From contig JBCCYL010000016.1 in assembly GCA_039189765.1 (NCBI GenBank), positions 1-64,000 on the forward strand: a stretch of DNA of 64,000 nt, in the 5' to 3' direction. The first letter of the stretch is position 1. Each line of letters begins with the position of its first letter. Of the stretch, positions 60,139 through 64,000 are shown in pieces. Position numbers and translations under genes: made by a program. The notes beneath the pieces are model-generated. The model ran no database searches, was not told the origin of the DNA, and was given only the letters and a program-made list of their open reading frames with translations. This DNA is from Cyanobacteria bacterium P01_F01_bin.150. Lineage in GTDB: Bacteria; Cyanobacteriota; Cyanobacteriia; CAKZMO01.

Positions 60139-60167
60139 GAAAGTTGCCTACTGAAGTTTGTTTACAC

Positions 60168-60440
60168 TCACCCTACGACCACGCACCACTCATGCAGTTC
60201 ATAGATAACGCAACCTGCTTTAATCAGTGGATCGCGGTTGACGATATCAGTCGCTTCCTTTAAATCGTTGGCTTTAAACAATAACATTCCCCCTCCTTTT
60301 TCGGCCCAGTAGCCTGTTTTGGCTTCATGCCCCTGTTCAATTAACTCTTGAACGTAGACCTTATGGGCTGAAACATGCTGATCAAAGAGGACTTTCTCAA
60401 CAATTCCTTTCTCTATTTTGACAAACCAAGGCATAGGCAA
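60168..60440 (-). CDS. YciI family protein
   Basis: H..Y, GGGMLLF and DPL motifs. Confidence 0.85.
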   Translation of the reverse strand: MPMPWFVKIEKGIVEKVLFDQHVSAHKVYVQELIEQGHEAKTGYWAEKGGGMLLFKANDLKEATDIVNRDPLIKAGCVIYELHEWCVVVG

Positions 60441-60449
60441 ACTGCAATA

Positions 60450-61937
60450 TCAACTTTTAGGCGATGAGCCTGCTGGACTCTGCCTTAAACGCTCTTCCAA
60501 TTCTGACTTAACCCGATGCAAAATAGAGGCTTCGTCTAGGGAATTTAAGATAGTCTTAATCGATGCTTTGGGTCCATCTTTGCCCCAAGAAGCTCCATTT
60601 GCCAAGTATTGTTTGCAGATTTGGCCAATGGCGTAGGTGGCCACACCTGCCACACCTGCTTGGGCGATCGCCACCGACACATAGGGGGCTAACGATAATC
60701 CACCAGTGGCAGGAGCGGCCAATCCCAACGCCCCTTTTAGAGAACTTAAACCCAGAGTCGTAAACAATTCTGTGATAGAAATGCCCCCCATGCCGACGGC
60801 AATATGACGCAGCAGCTTGACGGCACCGTGGTGAGTCATGGGCAGTCCGTAGAGGCGTGAGAGTGCTACTAGCATTACTACATCCACCACGGCTCCGCTC
60901 AGAATGTCTACCACGGTAATTGGGTTGAGCGCGGTGGCGATCGCCTTGGCCATCACAATTTGCCAGATTAGATCGTTGGCGGCGCGATCGCGAATCTCCG
61001 TCTTGCGCTGTACCAACTGGTCGTGGACCTCATCGGCATAGAGCATCGTATTCAATGCCACCAATGCTTTACCTTCTTGCTGTAGTATCTCCAGAATTTT
61101 AAGTTTCAGGCCTATCACATCTGGCGTTCCCCGTTTCCGCTTAATCGTTGTACTACCATCGGCTTGTTGCACGACTTCTGAGACTAGCGGCGCAGCAGAT
61201 GCCATAACAATCTCCTCAGGGGACAGTAAATCTTTTACCCGCTGGTCCTTTAAGGTCTGATAGAGCTGATGGCGATCGGCATTGGGATATTGATCCACCT
61301 TATTAAATACCAGCAAAATAGGCTTGCTAAATTGACGCAGTTCCCTCAGCGCTTCATGTTCTACTGTCGTCATGTCACCAGCAACCACAAACAGGATTAA
61401 ATCGGCTTGTTTAGCCACTTGATGAGCAAGGTGCGATCGCGATTCTCCATCCACCTCGTCAATCCCTGGAGTATCCACTAGTTCTACCCCGTTAATAGTC
61501 CACTGAGATTTAGCGATGGTTTTGGTGACCCCGTGCAGTGGCCCCGTTTCAAATATCTCTTGACCAATCAAAGCATTGAGCAGGGAAGATTTGCCGCGTC
61601 CCACTAACCCAAATACTGCAATCTGGACCACTGATTGTTCCAAACGGCCCAACATAATACGAAGCTGACCAAGGGTTGGGTCCAGCCCTTGACGCTCACG
61701 GGGGGTTAAATCCAGGCGCTCGAATAAGCGGGTAAACGCCTGCTGGGTATTTTGAATATCAAGTTCTGTTTGATAATTTGTTAACGATTGCAGCGCCTGA
61801 TCCCAGTCCTGATCGCTTGAGGCTGTCTCATGCGATATTTCTCCACCATCGTCAATGGACGAATGTCTTAACGACTGGATAACGTTATCCCACTCATCAT
61901 TGGTCCCGTGGGCAGGGGTGGACATATGATTTTCCAT
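60450..61937 (-). CDS. GTP-binding protein with a DUF697-like C-terminal domain
   Basis: GLVGRGKS, DTPG and NKVD motifs; hydrophobic C-terminus. Confidence 0.88.
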   Translation of the reverse strand: MENHMSTPAHGTNDEWDNVIQSLRHSSIDDGGEISHETASSDQDWDQALQSLTNYQTELDIQNTQQAFTRLFERLDLTPRERQGLDPTLGQLRIMLGRLEQSVVQIAVFGLVGRGKSSLLNALIGQEIFETGPLHGVTKTIAKSQWTINGVELVDTPGIDEVDGESRSHLAHQVAKQADLILFVVAGDMTTVEHEALRELRQFSKPILLVFNKVDQYPNADRHQLYQTLKDQRVKDLLSPEEIVMASAAPLVSEVVQQADGSTTIKRKRGTPDVIGLKLKILEILQQEGKALVALNTMLYADEVHDQLVQRKTEIRDRAANDLIWQIVMAKAIATALNPITVVDILSGAVVDVVMLVALSRLYGLPMTHHGAVKLLRHIAVGMGGISITELFTTLGLSSLKGALGLAAPATGGLSLAPYVSVAIAQAGVAGVATYAIGQICKQYLANGASWGKDGPKASIKTILNSLDEASILHRVKSELEERLRQSPAGSSPKS

Positions 61938-62058
61938 AGCCCCATTTTAGAACAGGGAGAATCGTTTACATATCTACAGGTAAATGTGAATTTTATTAAA
62001 GCAATCTTAAGGAATTTACTTTTTGTCGTAGATTTGAAAGTATAAGTTTGAGCTTTAA

Positions 62059-63969
62059 TTGGCCGCAAATTCTCTAAATTTCTTCCCTTTTGCCAGAGGC
62101 TTATATCCTGTGTCTGAGGATCGAGTTGATATCAAACCAGAGCGGAGTCCTTCTGCTATAAGTCCATCAGAGGATAATCCCCAAGCTCTATTAGAAGGAT
62201 TTAAATGGCAGTATCAGCGGGCAAAGCTGTTTTCTGAAGTTACCCTCAAAATACGCCAGTCTTTGAATCTAAGCGAGATTCTCAATACGACTGTGGCTGA
62301 AATCCAACACTTTCTGGCCGCCGATCGCGTTTTGATTTATCAAGTGCTAGCAGACAGCACTGGCAAAGCGATTAGTGAATCTGTGCTGCCCCCCCATGTA
62401 GCACTTTTAGGGATGGAGTTTCCGGAAGAGGTGTTTCCGGCAGATTATCAGAATCTGTACGCCGAAGGTCGGGTGCAGGCGATCGCGGATGTCCATAGCC
62501 CAGAATCCAACTTAGCGGAGTGCTTGGTGGAGTTTGTAGAACAATTTGGCATTCAGGCCAAGCTAATTGTGCCGATTCTAGTCGGTTTGCGTAGCGTTTC
62601 TGTAGAACCGGATAGTCCCCCCCTCAAAAGCCGCCTGTGGGGGTTGCTGATTGCTCATCAGTGTGGGGGACCCAGAAAGTGGGCTGAATTCGAGCTGGAG
62701 TTGATGCAGCAATTGGCTGACCAAATTGGGATTGCGATCGCTCAGGCTGAATTGCTGGAAAATTTAGAGACAATTGTTGCCATCCGTACAAGAGAACTAC
62801 GGCAGGCTAATCAAAAACTACAGCAGGAAATCGCCGATCGGATCCAAGCGGAAAATGCTTTGCGACGCAATGAGGAACAGCTGCGTCTGATTACCGACGC
62901 TCTACCCGTGCTTATTGCCTATGTGGATACTAAACAGCGCTATCGTTTCAACAATGCTGCCTATACTGACTGGCTGGGTAAATCATTCCAAGCCTTACAA
63001 GGTAAACATCTTAAAACGATTTGGGGCGATCGCATTTACGAACGGATGCGGCCATGGGTAAAGAAAGCCCTCGCAGGAGAAACCGTCAGCTATGAAAATG
63101 ATATTCACTTTGCAGGCCAGATGCCTCGGTCTGTAGATATCACCTACGTGCCTCACCAAGATGACAAAACGGGTGCAATTAAAGGCTTTTTTGCCCTAAC
63201 GAGCGATATTAGCGATCGCAAAGCGGTTGAACGAATGAAGGATGAGTTTATTTCAGTGGTGAGTCACGAACTACGCACGCCGCTGACGTCCATCCATAGT
63301 GCTCTTAAGCTCCTCGCGACGGGACAGTTGGGAAAACTTTCAACAGATGGCCAGCAAATGCTGGGTATCGCAGATGAAAACACCGATCGCTTAGTCCGTC
63401 TGGTAAACAATGTCCTAGACCTCCAGCGGATTGAATCGGGCGCAGTCACCATGGATCGTCAAATGTGCGATGCAGCGGAGCTAATGGTGAAAGCGACTGA
63501 AGCAATGCAAGCGATGGCGAGACAATACCAAATTGAGCTACTGACGACCCCCATGTCCATTGATTTGTGGGTGGACGCAGACTACATCGTCCAGGCCCTT
63601 ACTAATCTGCTCAGCAATGCCATCAAGTTTTCCACCCCTCAAACCACAGTGTCCTTGAGTGTTAAGTGTCCTAGGCCTAGAAAACGACGTAGGAGTAAAA
63701 AGAGTCGAACCCCAACCACTGTGGAGTTTAGGGTACAGGATCAAGGGCCAGGAATCCCCAAGGATAAATTGGAAAGCATTTTTGAGCGTTTTCACCAGGT
63801 GGACTCATCCGATGCTCGTAAGAAAGGAGGCACAGGATTGGGGTTAACGATTTGTCGAAAAATTATTGAGCAACATGATGGTGAGATTTGGGCTGAAAGC
63901 GTTGAAGGTGAAGGAAGTACGTTTATTTTTACATTGCCCATTCCATCGCTAACTATTCAGTCCCGTTAA
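62059..63969 (+). CDS. rcaE: Green/red cyanobacteriochrome sensor kinase, GAF-PAS-HK, RcaE-like; start may be GTG 62110
   Basis: GAF segment EEVFP..YAEGRVQAIADVH..LAECLVEFVEQF..AKLIVPI closely resembles RcaE (from recall); SHELRTPL H-box. Confidence 0.8.
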   Translation: MAANSLNFFPFARGLYPVSEDRVDIKPERSPSAISPSEDNPQALLEGFKWQYQRAKLFSEVTLKIRQSLNLSEILNTTVAEIQHFLAADRVLIYQVLADSTGKAISESVLPPHVALLGMEFPEEVFPADYQNLYAEGRVQAIADVHSPESNLAECLVEFVEQFGIQAKLIVPILVGLRSVSVEPDSPPLKSRLWGLLIAHQCGGPRKWAEFELELMQQLADQIGIAIAQAELLENLETIVAIRTRELRQANQKLQQEIADRIQAENALRRNEEQLRLITDALPVLIAYVDTKQRYRFNNAAYTDWLGKSFQALQGKHLKTIWGDRIYERMRPWVKKALAGETVSYENDIHFAGQMPRSVDITYVPHQDDKTGAIKGFFALTSDISDRKAVERMKDEFISVVSHELRTPLTSIHSALKLLATGQLGKLSTDGQQMLGIADENTDRLVRLVNNVLDLQRIESGAVTMDRQMCDAAELMVKATEAMQAMARQYQIELLTTPMSIDLWVDADYIVQALTNLLSNAIKFSTPQTTVSLSVKCPRPRKRRRSKKSRTPTTVEFRVQDQGPGIPKDKLESIFERFHQVDSSDARKKGGTGLGLTICRKIIEQHDGEIWAESVEGEGSTFIFTLPIPSLTIQSR

Positions 63970-64000
63970 TCAGAGTCCTGGGCATTGGTGCCCTATTTAG

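Noticed and set aside
1..64000. CRISPR array, tRNA, rRNA, or tmRNA near smpB
   Set aside because: No regularly spaced repeat-spacer array and no recognisable structural RNA motifs; the hairpin repeats are dispersed, not arrayed

Overview
A cyanobacterial chromosomal window; the HIP1 octamer GCGATCGC is abundant throughout. A HetZ-related protein suggests a filamentous strain, and an RcaE-like sensor suggests chromatic acclimation (both inference). Most of the ~45 genes are housekeeping or conserved: prfB with its +1 frameshift, GUN4, recJ, Sua5/YciO, ribD, ubiD, ycf29, sigC, nadA, nadB, CP12, smpB and ABC permeases. I recognised no rRNA, tRNA, CRISPR array or intact transposase. The most notable items are: (1) an RyR / TPR-sensor / SLOG-like / class III cyclase fusion with an atypical base-specificity residue; (2) a four-gene HTH cassette with a palindromic operator, bracketed by inverted MITE-like copies; (3) several families of ~80-100 bp MITE/REP-like elements whose central hairpins change sequence but keep pairing; (4) mobile repeats inserted in-frame in recJ and a GT39 gene; (5) a PEP-CTERM metalloprotease homolog that has lost its zinc ligands; (6) a cysteine hydrolase lacking its catalytic Asp that overlaps a PAS histidine kinase; (7) an MGS-lipid kinase fusion with three frameshifts confined to the MGS domain. 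All family assignments come from motif recognition by eye, not from database searches.
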